From positions 9,548,001 through 9,612,000 of the forward strand of contig OZ024750.1 in the NCBI GenBank assembly GCA_964016885.1: a stretch of DNA of 64,000 nt, given 5' to 3'. Under the pieces are notes generated by a model. That model saw only the letters and a program-made list of their open reading frames with translations. It did not search any database and had not been told where the DNA came from. Shown here in pieces: positions 13,533 through 26,683 of the stretch. The translations under genes were made by a program, and so were the position numbers. The stretch comes from Eledone cirrhosa (taxonomy: Eukaryota). Position 1 is the stretch's first letter. Every line of letters starts with the position of its first letter.

Positions 13533-13730
13533 GACAAAGAAGGTGTGATAAGGTGGACCCTAACGCATCAGAGTACTCAGTACTTAGGGTAATAGAGTGG
13601 GTAACAAGAAAAGAGTCAGGACCCCGACGGCTGAGCTCCAGCCGTTTCAACAGCTAGATCCAAACTGTCTTAGTTCGGATCTAGCTGTGAAAACGCCTGG
13701 AGCTCAGCCGTCGGAGTCCTGACTCTTTTT
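13533..13730 (-). mobile_element. H3 fold-back element with hammerhead 3' half
   Basis: Minus 13619-13648 reads GAAA cggctg gagct cagccg TC ggggtcc (6-bp stem III, GUC triplet); hairpin 13609-13730; (TA)n on both sides. Confidence 0.8.
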
Positions 13731-13922
13731 GTATATATGTATATATATATATATATATCATCATCATCGTTTAACATCTATCTTCCATGCTAGCGTGGGT
13801 TAGATGGGAGTTGTCCCAATTTGAGGCAAGATTGGTTGGGTGACCGTGTCTCGCTTGTATAGGACTATCTGGCAGGTTTTCTATGGCTGGATGCCCTTCC
13901 TAACACCAACCACACACATATA

Positions 13923-14124
13923 TGTGTACGGTCGGCTATATATCTAATCGATTTCCACGGGCTATTAGAAATACTGGGTAAATATTCTGCGGCTGTTGAT
14001 CGCGGACAAAATAGGTATCATTTATTTATCTATTGTTTCTTCATAGGTGCCTTTTAATCTTTTTTGTTTAATTGATTTTTTGTGTGGTTAATTATGCTGA
14101 TTGGGAGAGGAAATACTGTATATA
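13923..14124. repeat. 202-bp dispersed repeat, copy 1 (copy 2 at 16017-16218)
   Basis: Copies identical except one G/A change seen (aataggtatc/aataagtatc). Confidence 0.9.
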
Positions 14125-14139
14125 CCTATATATATATAT

Positions 14140-14508
14140 TAAGCCCCTCCAAACCAAACATACACCCTAACACATCCTCCCACTTCTGCCAATACCACCC
14201 CTTTCTCTGTAAAGTTATGTTGGTACCATAACATCCAGTCCAAACAAATGAGGTCATGTAGGTGTCATGACAAAAAAAAGACACAGTCCACGCTGTAATG
14301 TAGTCATGTAGGTAACATGGTAAAAAGCTCCCAGTCCACACTGTAAATGTGGTTGGTGTTAGGAAGGGCATCTGGCCATAGAAAACCTGCCAGATAGTCC
14401 TATACGAGCGAGACACGGTCACCCGACCAATCTTGCCTCAAGTGGGACAACTCCCGTCTAACCCATGCTAGCATGGAAGATAGACGTTAAACACTGATGA
14501 TGATGATG
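14140..14508 (+). mobile_element. RTE LINE 3' UTR fragment (subfamily 2)
   Basis: Collinear with 55170-55540; ends in (GAT)n then (TA)n. Confidence 0.85.
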
Positions 14509-15559
14509 TATATATATATATAAATTCTAGATATGAATTAAAATACTTTTATATTCTGCAGATTATATTTTTACATTATTTATTAGGTAGAAAACTTAAA
14601 CATTTTAGAAACTTTCTTATAACAGGAAAAACTTAATTGAATGTTACAGAATATCAAAAAAGCTATTACCATTATAGTATGGCATTGGACGTGCTAGAAA
14701 CACTTAGGAAAATTAAAATCTTGTAAAAAGCTTTGAAATATAAAAAAAGAAAATGTCCACATTTATCATACCAACATTTTCAAACTAACTAGTTGGCTAA
14801 CTGGCACTAAAGTCACTTTGTAATAAAAATTACTGTTGTCTGAAGTAGTTATTAGTCTTTTACGAGGGTTAATCATCTGAAGACATTCCACTGATAACAC
14901 TATACTTTAGAAAAGAAAAAACTATTTCACTGTTGATATGATGTTTGCTTAATGAAAGAAAATCTTGGTTTGCTACCATTGAAATATAAATATCAGATTA
15001 AATTATCCACACTTCTTAGACATCAAATAAATATTCTGGTTCGTTTTATCTTATTTCATTTTATTTTATTTTGTTTTGTTTTGTTTTTGTTGTTTTTGTT
15101 GTTTTTGTTTGTTTGTTTTCTGCACAAGTCTTGCTACTATCAGAGATTGTTCAAAATATATTATTAATGAGCTCATAATTTTCTACTTTTGACAAAGTCA
15201 TTAATAATAGTTTTCTTGAAACAATTTGCAGAAAAATCCTCACTTAAACTAAAACCATAAATTGAAAGATAGCTTTTTATGATTGAGACTTTATAAATTC
15301 TTTTACTGTTCTTCCAGACTATCTTTGCTTTAATGCTTGGATGAATTTTTCAAATTCAAATCAATGCAGCATTTGTCTTCTTTCTTCTTTCTTTTCTTGT
15401 CCGCCACTTTCAGTGTATGACATCATGCCTATCACAGATTATTCAACCATGAACTAAATATTCTTACGTAGTTTCAATTTTGGTGGATTATTTCTTACCT
15501 GAATAATATGCAACAGAAAAAGGAAGAAACACAAGAGATGAGAAACTACTTTAAATATT

Positions 15560-15745
15560 CATAATTGTTTCTACTTTAGGCACAAGGCCAGCAATTAGCC
15601 AGTGTATTACTGGTACTTTATTTTATCGACCCCGTAAGGATGAAAGACAAAGTCCACCTCGGCGGGATTTGAACTCAGAATGGCAAGGGCCGTAACTCTA
15701 TGCGTCAAAGCCTGGTGTCCGACCCTCTACCGATACTGCCAATTC
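15560..15745 (-). mobile_element. SINE A
   Basis: Reverse complement of 5601-5793. Confidence 0.9.
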
Positions 15746-15921
15746 ACTTTAAATATTCATAATGATGCATTATATCTAAAACTAAACACAATTTTTATTG
15801 GAGGCAAAAGTCAGTAGAAGTGAAATTAACATTGATTTTCAAACACTTGTGACATTGTGACATAATCAGAATATAATTAGATAATTTAAAATAGATTGTT
15901 CATTGCCTCACATATATAATG

Positions 15922-15953
<32 letters not shown>

Positions 15954-16248
15954 CAAGAGACATAATTTTGGTATGCTTATATACATTTTTTCTTCTATTT
16001 TGATTTTGTACCTAATTGTGTACGGTCGGCTATATATCTAATCGATTTCCACGGGCTATTAGAAATACTGGGTAAATATTCTGCGGCTGTTGATCGCGGA
16101 CAAAATAAGTATCATTTATTTATCTATTGTTTCTTCATAGGTGCCTTTTAATCTTTTTTGTTTAATTGATTTTTTGTGTGGTTAATTATGCTGATTGGGA
16201 GAGGAAATACTGTATATATTTTATCAAATGATTCTATGGACGTACTTT

Positions 16249-16282
<34 letters not shown>

Positions 16283-16356
16283 GGAGGTGAGTTTTATATG
16301 TTGATTTAACACTTCACTGTTCGCAAGTGTTTTTTAAGCTTCATATTATGTCTCCC

Positions 16357-16427
16357 TATTTTATCTGATGAGAACGCAAATATCATCCCCTGATGATATT
16401 TGTTTTTGAAATGTGCATAATAAAATA
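16357..16427 (+). ncRNA. Type-I hammerhead ribozyme (H4) in element 16280-16462
   Basis: tattttat CTGATGA gaacgcaaatatcatc-ccct-gatgatatttgttttt GAAA tgtgca TA ataaaata. Confidence 0.88.
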
Positions 16428-17035
16428 CATGGAACTCTTTTAACCATCTTTTGATCTTATATTATATATATATATATCATCATCATCATCGTTTAATGTC
16501 CATCTTCCACGCTTGCATGGGTTTGGACGGGAGTTTTCCCACTTGAGGCAAGATTGGTTGTCTTGCTCGCATAGGACTGTCTGGCGGGTTTTCTACAGCT
16601 GGATGCCCTTCCTAACACCAACCACGTTTACAGTATGGGACTGGGAGGTTTTTACCGTGTTACCTACACGACCACATTACAGCGTGGACTGTGTGTTTTT
16701 TTTTTGTCGTGACACCTACACGACCTCATTTATTTCGGACTGGATGTTTATTTCGGACTGGATATATATATATAAATCAGTTCCCATATGAGCAAGACAA
16801 GGTCAGCCGACCTAACATTGCCCACATCAGGACAACCCATCTAACCCATGATAGCGTGGAAGAATCGATGTAAAACGGTAATGATGATGATGAGGAGGAG
16901 GATATATATAGAATTAGTTCCACAGCAGTTAGTCCACTATTTGCGAGAACAATTGTTTCACCTTATTCAGATATAACCCACAAGTGTTCTACTATTATTT
17001 ATATATATACGTATCTATATATATATGTATCTATC

Positions 17036-17067
<32 letters not shown>

Positions 17068-17069
17068 CG

Positions 17070-17133
<64 letters not shown>

Positions 17134-17250
17134 TATTTATATATATATATATTTATACACATGTATATATCATCATCATCAGACATTTTGTTTTACTGGC
17201 TGCCTTGAGGCAATACGTAATACTACAAATGACACCTTAATCTGGCTCAC

Positions 17251-17353
<103 letters not shown>

Positions 17354-17414
17354 ACCATTATAGATATGTCAAACAAGAACAAGAAGACTTACACCATATT
17401 ATTAGTCAACCTTC

Positions 17415-17605
17415 CGGTGGATTGGCAGTATCGGTAGAGGGTCAGACACCATGCTTTGCAGCATAGAGTTACGGCCTTTTATGACCTGAGTTCAAATCCC
17501 GCCAAGGTTAACTTTGCCATTCATCCTTTCGGGGTCGATAAAATAAAGTAACAGTAATGTACTGGGGTAATTGAAGGCCTTGTGTCAAAAGTAGAAACCA
17601 TTATT
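17415..17605 (+). mobile_element. SINE A
   Basis: Match to 5601-5793. Confidence 0.9.
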
Positions 17606-17977
17606 AGTCAACCTGACCCTATATTGGAACTAACTAGTTCAAAAGACATAATATTTCCATCAAAACAGAAGTCACATTGTTGTGATAGAAATACATATAA
17701 ATATATAATTTTTTTATAAATATATTTATAGATATATACTTTTTTTTATATATATATTTTTATATATATTTATTCTTTTATTTGAAGCTGAGATAACCTT
17801 TAATTGTTATTCTTGATTCCACATCAATGCTCAGCTTATCAAATAACTTATTTTATAAGTTAATTATTCACCTGAGACTATTTGATAAACGCTCTTGTAA
17901 TGATGACAAGGAATCTCAAATAAAAACATAACCTTCAATACTTTATATATTGAATGATTTTTTTCCCCTCTTGTTTG

Positions 17978-18010
<33 letters not shown>

Positions 18011-18012
<2 letters not shown>

Positions 18013-18086
18013 CGAAGGAAATGTGGTAAGCGTCCAGAATTAGCCGTCGAAACGGCTTGAGCTCAGCCGTCGGGGTCTTACTGGTT

Positions 18087-18090
<4 letters not shown>
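18011..18090 (+). mobile_element. H3 fragment with hammerhead 3' half
   Basis: gtc GAAA cggcttgagctcagccg TC ggggtc, between (TA)n tracts. Confidence 0.7.
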
Positions 18091-18121
<31 letters not shown>

Positions 18122-18299
18122 ATTGTTTTTCTATGCTTGCATCAACACCACACACATGTGTGGATATATATATATATATATATATCATCGATTTCTATGC
18201 TTGCATTATCACCATATATATATATATATAATGTGATTCTCGCTGAATTTATACTTATACTTATATATATATATATATTAATATTATTTATATACATAT

Positions 18300-18361
<62 letters not shown>

Positions 18362-18446
18362 ATAATAATAAATTAGAAGACTAAAATCAAAAGCAGGCTC
18401 GATAAGGATAAATATATATCAAATATATAAGAACCCTGTTATTTTA

Positions 18447-18484
<38 letters not shown>

Positions 18485-19021
18485 GAATAAAAATAGACCG
18501 AGAAACAGGGTCATCCATCATCAGTAGCCTGCTGATTATCATTGGTATTTCTTCACATTAAAGACTAGATACCTAAAAATCAGTGTGACCGATAACTAAA
18601 CTAGGTTATCGGGACAGAGCGAATGGGAAGGGTAAAGTAAACAAACGACATAGTAGTAATGCAACGTAAAGCGAGGAAAAGGGAGACAAGTCAATGAATC
18701 TTGTGGGCTTAAGTCGTAACAAATCAATCGACGAGAAGAAACAGACACGTCCGAGCCACGTGAAAAGTGGGAGATAAAAGGAATTCACGCAGGTCAGACG
18801 GGAGGAAGTGAGAGAGGGAGAGTAGCAGAGAGTGAGTGAGTGAAAGTGTGAGGAAGGGTCCAGCCGAGAGAGTGTGTGACCAGCGGAGGGGGTGAATGAA
18901 AGCAAGAGGTGTAAGGAGAGAGAAGGGGGAGAGAGAAAGAGGATAGCAGTAAGGTGAAAGAAAAATTACGAACCACAGCGAGGGGAAACATTATATATGT
19001 ATATATTCTTGCATTACCTCC

Positions 19022-19056
<35 letters not shown>

Positions 19057-19754
19057 AATGCATTCATGTGTGTCTGTGTGTAAATACACACACACAAAAT
19101 ATATTTAGTCATGTGGTGATGATTAGAAATACTTTTATTTAGACGATAACTTTACAGACAAAGAAAAGAGAAGAATATATTCATGGTTTATGTATGTTAC
19201 TAAAGAAGACCATGTTAGATTTTATTTGAGAGTTTCATAACTAAAGGTAAATCTCGGTGGAGATGTGATTTGGTGGTGACTAGTGTCAATATGGTGGACG
19301 ATACAGTAGTAATTGTCTTGGAATAAACAAATATGTTACATATATCATCAGCCTTGTCACATTCTGTCATCATCATCATCACTGTTTTACATGCGTTCTT
19401 CCATGCTAGCATGGGTTAGACGAGTTGTCCTGTTGTGGGCAGTGTCCGGTCAGCTGACCTTGTCTTGCTCACACTGGAACTGATTCTGGCATGATTTCTA
19501 CAGCTGGATGCCCTTCCTAACACCAATCTCATTTACAGTGAGTGCTGGGTGCCTTTTTTTGCCGTGGCACCTGTACGTCCACTTGACAGTGTCATGCAAA
19601 AATCTCCCTGAGAAGTACATTAAGGGTACACGTGTCTGTGGAATGCTCAGTCAATTGCATGTTAAATTCACCACCACCATTGTTGCAACCAAACTTCAAC
19701 ACCACCACCATCACCATGATCACCACCAATAGCACAGATATCATGAGCAGTTAA

Positions 19755-20157
19755 CCACTACCATCACCACCACCACTACCATCACCACCACCACCACCAC
19801 CACCACTACCATCACCACTACCACCATCACCACCACTAACCACTACCACCACCACCATCACCACTACCACCACCATCACAACTACTACCACCACCACCAT
19901 CACCACTATCACCACCATCACAACTACTACCGCCACCACCACCACCATCACCACTACCACCACCACCATCACCACCACCACTACCATTGTCACAACCACT
20001 GCCATCACCACAACCAAACTTCACGACCCACCGCCTTCACCACCCCTACCACCACCACCACCACCACCACAACTACTACCACCACCACCACCAGCACAAC
20101 TACTACCACCACCACCACCACCACCACCACCACAACTACTACTACCACCACCACCAT
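19755..20157. repeat. Compound (CAC)n microsatellite
   Basis: CAC/CAT/TAC triplets. Confidence 0.95.
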
Positions 20158-20570
20158 TTCCAGTATTGTGTTGTAAACACATTGTCTTATTTTCCAGCAT
20201 ACTTCAGTAAACAGTAATAATTGTACAGTTACAATCTGCTTCAAATTCAAAGACTCAATAACATTCAGTAGTTAATATTTTGTTTCTAATGAACTACATA
20301 TTCAACTGAACTACATGCAGTTTGTTTATCCAATAGTAATTGCCTATTTATCTATGAACCTAATTAGACAAACATGTCTTGTGCAATACTGTAGACTCAT
20401 TCCGCCAAGGATTTTCAGTTTGGTAGTAGTTTCTGCAATTGACACACATACATTTATAAATACATACACACACATACACATGAACAAATGCCTGGTCACA
20501 TTTATGTAGGTATTCTCTTCCATACATACATATATGCAAACATATATATATATATATATATATATGTATT

Positions 20571-20613
<43 letters not shown>

Positions 20614-20733
20614 GGATACTTAGTAAAATCGAATCTCTGGAGGTGTGCAGGCAAATTCGACACACATATATATATATGTGTGTAGAGAGATAAATAGAGA
20701 TATATACAAAGGGAGAGAGAAAGAGCGATAGAC

Positions 20734-20770
<37 letters not shown>

Positions 20771-20785
20771 CCTGTGTGTGTGCGT

Positions 20786-20890
20786 GTATCCCGGATTTAA
20801 TTGGGGGGTAACCACAGTAAGTAAGGTACTCAATACATAGCAGAGTATAAATTTTTAATATAGAAGTGGCTTCTACAGGACTAGGATGAT
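20786..20890 (-). mobile_element. H2 terminal fragment
   Basis: Reverse complement of ~40945-41040 (ctagtcctgtagaagcc...ttgagtaccttacttactgtggttacc). Confidence 0.8.
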
Positions 20891-20912
20891 TTGCTTCGAA
20901 TTAAACAGTTCA

Positions 20913-20995
<83 letters not shown>

Positions 20996-21880
20996 GAGAA
21001 TAACCGAAGTTGCAGCTGTGAGTAACAGATTCGCAATTAATTTTCAAAGGCTGTCACAAAGCAGTCAATGAGAATGTAGACGTTAAACGATGATGATATT
21101 ATTATTCTAAGAATTATTATATGTAATATGAATTTAGTTGCCCTCAGCTTTGTTGCACAAAAACAAGAAACTAAACATAAAAACTGTGAATGACTTAATA
21201 TAATAAATCTTCTTCAAGACTGTTGCTTCTCTTTGAGCCAGAATTTCAAAGTCTTTTGTCATTCAATAGCAAGTAATTCTATTTACATATATTGTAATGT
21301 TTAAATACCATTTCGCCACCCTATATACTGTAGAAAACTGATGTTAAGCTGTGTATTGGTGTTGTTTTGTGTATTTGTTGTGTGGTGGTGGTGGTGTTTT
21401 TTGTTTTGTTTTTGTTTTGTTTTTTATTTCTTTTTAAAGGAAACATTGTGAAAATATGGAGTAGAGAGAGAATGACTGAGTTAACATCTTGTCTAAATGT
21501 TTGTATGCTACAGCCATTCCATATCACCTTTGTAGATCTTCTCTGTTGTTAGTTGTTATTTTAGTATGGTTAACTTACCTGTGTTACCAATGCCTGAACG
21601 ACAGCAATTTCTGTGTGAAATGTCAATGGTACAAACATTATTATTTTTAGATGACAGCGACATTGTATTCTACCTCTTTCTATCACACTCACACAGACTC
21701 TCTCGCTCTCTCACTCTCTAAACAAATGACTTCCATTTCTTTCTATATATAAATTGAGTGCTTGGCGTTTCCCCTTCTCTATATAAAATGAGCATGACCA
21801 ATGAGAATCGCTGCTTTCACCCTTAACGGGATCTTCTGAAGCCCTCTTTGGATTTTAGTCTTCAAATTTATTATTATTAC

Positions 21881-21984
<104 letters not shown>

Positions 21985-22855
21985 ATGTATATAGTTTTTC
22001 TTTTCGGTAGATCAGTTCAAGTAGGAATATTGACTGGAAAATGATCAAATATTCTACAGATTAATTGGTGTGGTATGGATCTGTAACTCCTGATGGAGTC
22101 ATAAAGGTGCCATATTAACATATACCATTTCTTAGGGGGTTATTTTTTAAAACTTGACAGAACCCATCGTCACTTCGGGTCTGGATACAGCAGATTTCTT
22201 CCAGAGAATGATAAAGAGAGAGCAGAAGAGATATAAAGGACCAATCGACCCCAGTATTAGACTAGTACTTCTTTTTATCGACCTCAAATGGATGAAGGAC
22301 AAAGATGACTTCGACAGGATGTGAACTCAGAGAGCAAGGAGCCAGAACGAATACAACAAAGCTTTCTATCTGACATACAGAAGAAATATTTGGTTTTTGT
22401 TTTTACAAATTACCTCCTACAACAAAGAAAAAAAGGAGAGAGTAAAGTATTGACAATGGACAAATTTCAATTGAAATTGATTTTATGTCAGCAAATAATA
22501 ATTCTTTTTTAATATATATTGTTTCAATAAAAGAGGAAATATAAATGTCAATTTTTAACATAAATGAATGTACAATGAAAGCCACCTTTCACTCTTTAAA
22601 CATTCAGTATATAAAGAAGAGAGAGAGATATTTTCAAATATCTTCCATCTTTACAAATTGTCTCTTATACAGTATTGATTTCTGTCCATTTACAGGTTTA
22701 TTTATATATATATATATTTTTTTTTTTTTTTGTAGTTAAAGTGAATATTTTTCTCACTAAAGATTGTGTACACATACATAGGTACACACAAACATAGATA
22801 CACACACACATAGATATATGTGTACACACAGGTTCACACACATAGATATACACAC

Positions 22856-22897
<42 letters not shown>

Positions 22898-22948
22898 GGC
22901 TTCTACAGGACTAGAACTGTTTCATTCGGGAGAAATCATCAGGAAGCC
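22898..22948 (-). ncRNA. Type-I hammerhead ribozyme (H2)
   Basis: Minus: ggcttc CTGATGA tttc-tccc-gaat GAAA cag-ttctagtc-ctg TA gaagcc; joined to a plus-strand terminal piece 22949-23000. Confidence 0.85.
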
Positions 22949-23002
22949 CTGAGTACCTTACTTACTGTGGTTACCCTCGATTGAACCCAGGATAAACATA
23001 TC

Positions 23003-23060
<58 letters not shown>

Positions 23061-23227
23061 CGGTATACAAGGATGCAATCCACTTCTAGCACTCAACATC
23101 ATATTATTTCCTAAAAACAATGCTGACGGAGTATATTAATAAAGAGGAAAACGCGAAGTTGAGGATGTTAGGGTCCTTTATTAATTGAGCCGTAATACAT
23201 ATTTCAATGATAATAGATATAGGAAAT

Positions 23228-23254
<27 letters not shown>

Positions 23255-23263
<9 letters not shown>

Positions 23264-23735
23264 AGAAAACGAAAAATCAGGGATGCATCTGGACTCAGTT
23301 AATTGCTTGTTACAATTGTTTCTCCGGCAGGTAGCTCGAAATGTGGTCCTTCATTGGATCACGCTGATTCTACTTCTGCAGGTTTATTCAGACACGAGTA
23401 TTTCGTTAGGAGCAAATTTTATCACACAGTGATAAAATTTGCTCCTAATGAAATACTCGTGTCTGAATAAATCAGCCGGACCAGTGATAAAATTTGCTCC
23501 TAATGAAATACTCGTGTCTGAATAAACCTGCAGAAGTAGAATCAGCCGGATCTATACAAGGACCACATCTCAAGCTACCTGCCGGAGAAACAATTGTAAC
23601 ACGCAATAAATTAAGTCCAGATGCATCCCTGATTTTTCGTTTTCTTTATAATATCTACACTCTACTCTGATGAATATCGAGTGCTAATTTTGGCATACCG
23701 TCTACGGAAGCACCTTAACTACCATTATACACAAC
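23255..23735. mobile_element. H5 fold-back element with long-stem-II hammerhead variant
   Basis: Inverted arms spanning 23255-23654, internal 45-bp duplication (23427-23471/23482-23526), TCGAGTGCT at 23677-23685, (TA)n on both sides. Confidence 0.8.
23513..23603 (+). ncRNA. Hammerhead-like motif with G8U core change and 62-nt domain II
   Basis: cgtgt CTGAATA ...62 nt... GAAA caattg TA acacg, then c AATAAA. Confidence 0.55.
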
Positions 23736-24088
23736 TATATATATATATATATATATATTTCATTTCCAGACCGGGTGATGAAGACGGGAACACCTACAAA
23801 ACGTGTTCCTGGTGTTGAGTGTTATTCTATCTACGGGTGTAAAACAACCACGCAGTAACATTCCCTTCTATTAGGGATTTAGATTGCTAATTTTTTAATA
23901 TATAGCTTATTGTTATTTATTAATGTTAAAGTTTATACGATATTCATCATGCCATCACGTCTTGTAATGTCCCATTTCTTATGCGCCCTTGTGGCAAATA
24001 AAGAAAGATATCTATCATATATAAATCTATCTATACCCCTACCTATCAATCTATCTATTTATCTATCTTTATATTATATATAGATCTA

Positions 24089-24123
<35 letters not shown>

Positions 24124-24225
24124 TTATCTAATTATCTACCAATTAATTTATCTATCTAATTATCTATCTGACTATTATATGTAAATCTATCTATCTATCT
24201 ATTTATCTATCTGTCTATTATATAT

Positions 24226-24303
<78 letters not shown>

Positions 24304-24813
24304 AGTCTCAGTTGTGAAAATAATGAATTGTGAGGTGTAAACACATTCAAATATGTTTTTTTTATTTTGTTTTCTGTGTTAAGAAAAATATTTGCCATTC
24401 ATTTTTTTTCCCAACTAACACTTTCTAATTCAAAAAGGATAGTTATATCCACTTTAAGTTTGTTTACCATAATCTTCTTATAAACACCTTTTTCTTGGAT
24501 AAATATTCATTACTATTTAATTACATCACTAAACATATATGTGTCATGCATATTAGACTGTTTCAGGTAATTTTCTTATCCTCTGTAGCATATATATCAT
24601 TACATTAGGAATAATTCTTCACACATGAAAGCATAGCTGTTGTTATTCTCTGAGATGACACTAATCCTTGATACGTTTGTATAAGAATAACCACTTATGT
24701 TTTTACTGTTAATGGAGGAACATTTGAAAGTGTTTACATTTTGTAGATCATTTTTTTCATGATTAAGGCTTTTAATTCAAAATAGAGGTTATATCTGCCT
24801 CACATTTACCTCA

Positions 24814-24851
<38 letters not shown>

Positions 24852-25376
24852 CAATCTCTATTTATCTACTTCACATTTACTTCAATTTATATATATAGCT
24901 TTATATATGATGGCTGCATACTCTGCTAAGAGTATTGCAATTGCTTGTCAGATTGGTATACTTTTAGCCACACGAACCTGTAACATATCTTGAACAAGCA
25001 ATGCCTGTGTTTTGAAGGTTTTTTAAGTGGGGAAACCTTTATATATATACCTCAATCTCTTTATAACTACCTCACATATTTATATTTACTTCCATCTGTA
25101 GATATCTACCTTACATTCATCTCAGTCTATATATATCTATTTCACATTTACCTCAGTCTTTATATATCTACCTTACATTTACTTTAATCTTCATATATAT
25201 ATGATGACTTGGCTGGAGATTGCTGAAATCAGCTCTCACTCAATTAATGATCATTTTCCTATTGTAGTATATATATATTCAAACTAGGCTCAACTTTAGG
25301 TGAGGAGGAGGGCAACTAACTATTTCTTTATAGTAAATAATATATAAGACTGTGAGTAGGTACACATATATATATT

Positions 25377-25435
<59 letters not shown>

Positions 25436-25447
25436 TTAATATAGATG

Positions 25448-25498
25448 AGATTCTACAGGACTAGAACTGTTTCATTCTTTAGAAATCATCAGGAATCT
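25448..25498 (-). ncRNA. Type-I hammerhead ribozyme (H2, antisense arm)
   Basis: Exact mirror of 25534-25584. Confidence 0.85.
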
Positions 25499-25533
25499 GG
25501 GTATCAAAAAATAAATATTATTTTTTGATACCC

Positions 25534-25584
25534 AGATTCCTGATGATTTCTAAAGAATGAAACAGTTCTAGTCCTGTAGAATCT
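25534..25584 (+). ncRNA. Type-I hammerhead ribozyme (H2)
   Basis: agattc CTGATGA tttc-taaa-gaat GAAA cag-ttctagtc-ctg TA gaatct. Confidence 0.88.
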
Positions 25585-25666
25585 CATCTATATTAAAACT
25601 TTTATACTCTGCAATGTATTGAGTACCTTACTTACTGTGGTTACCTCCGATTCAACCCGGAATAAC

Positions 25667-25724
<58 letters not shown>

Positions 25725-25794
25725 ATATTGAGTTAGAAACTCAAAATAGTCTCTTACAATTAAATAGCTCAAGGAAAGAGATTTTTCCGAGCCG

Positions 25795-25992
25795 TATATT
25801 ATAATTGAATATAAAAGAGAAATAAACACACATATATAGACATATGGGTTTGCCAGACTCCAATTGAGTCTGGCAAACCTTTAGGGTTATAGTTAGTATT
25901 TTTTTCACCCTAGCAATCTTGGTCCCTTACGATTTGAACACATATGGCTATATATCTATGTTTCTTTCTCTTTTATATTCAATTATAATATA
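25795..25992. repeat. Nested inverted repeat in a (TA)n island
   Basis: Outer arms tatattataattgaatataaaagagaaa / tttctcttttatattcaattataatata; inner perfect 14-bp hairpin 25847-25879. Confidence 0.75.
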
Positions 25993-26488
25993 TATATATA
26001 TTATATAAGACACATCTAACTCCTGCAATCTCAACTTATTCTCCTTAACCATTTAAATATTTAAATGTTAAGACTTCTAGCTGGTTTGTTTAATGTTATG
26101 TTAACATAACACAAGAATATTTCTAGATAGGTATTCCTGTTAACTATTTTTCCAATATCTTTAGCTGCAAGCTGAGTATTTAACTGTTTCTGTTAAATAT
26201 TTCTCTCTAAAAAATATGTGACTAAGATTTATTGAATTGTTCATGACTGTTTCAGCATGTCTCTTCTGGGACAATGTATTCTCTATCCTGTCAGCTAGGA
26301 CCCAGGGTCAAGGATAAGTTAGTTGGTAGTGGAGGATACTTGTTCGGACATCAATTCCACACATGTATTAAATACAGGCTATATATGTTTGGCATACATA
26401 ATTCAAGTAAATAACTTTATATTCACTTATCTTCTGCTATTTAATATTAATAATTTTAGTAAATCTATCAATATTTCTCATTAATTAA

Positions 26489-26683
26489 CCCTTTAGCATT
26501 TAATCTGGCCATATTTCTCTCACCTTTTTCTGTTCAAACTAATCATAACCAGCCATTCATATCAACATTAAGGTATGGTTCTCAAAATAAATATCAAAAT
26601 CCCGTAGATTCGATATTATGCCAGATAAAGCCTTTACCATGAAAATACAATAGTAAATATAGAGTAAAATGAATGTTAAAGGC
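26489..26683 (-). mobile_element. piggyBac-like MITE, diverged copy
   Basis: TTAA|CCCTTTAGCATTTA ... aatgttaaaggc|TTAA; inverted homologue of 49446-49665. Confidence 0.7.

Larger units (their letters stand above)
25432..25670. mobile_element. H2 fold-back element: perfect 83-bp arms plus terminal tail
   Basis: 25432-25514/25518-25600 are exact reverse complements with loop ATA; TTGAGTACC at 25619-25627; (TA)n flanks. Confidence 0.9.

Noticed and set aside
23668-23674. CTGATGA in the H5 tail (also 18523-18529 minus)
   Set aside because: No downstream stem II-GAAA-UH-stem I' arrangement
23770-23815. Hammerhead-like accgg GTGATGA ... AAAA cgtg TTC ctggt followed by TTGAGTGTT
   Set aside because: Two core positions deviate and stem II is unconvincing; possibly a decayed member but not supportable
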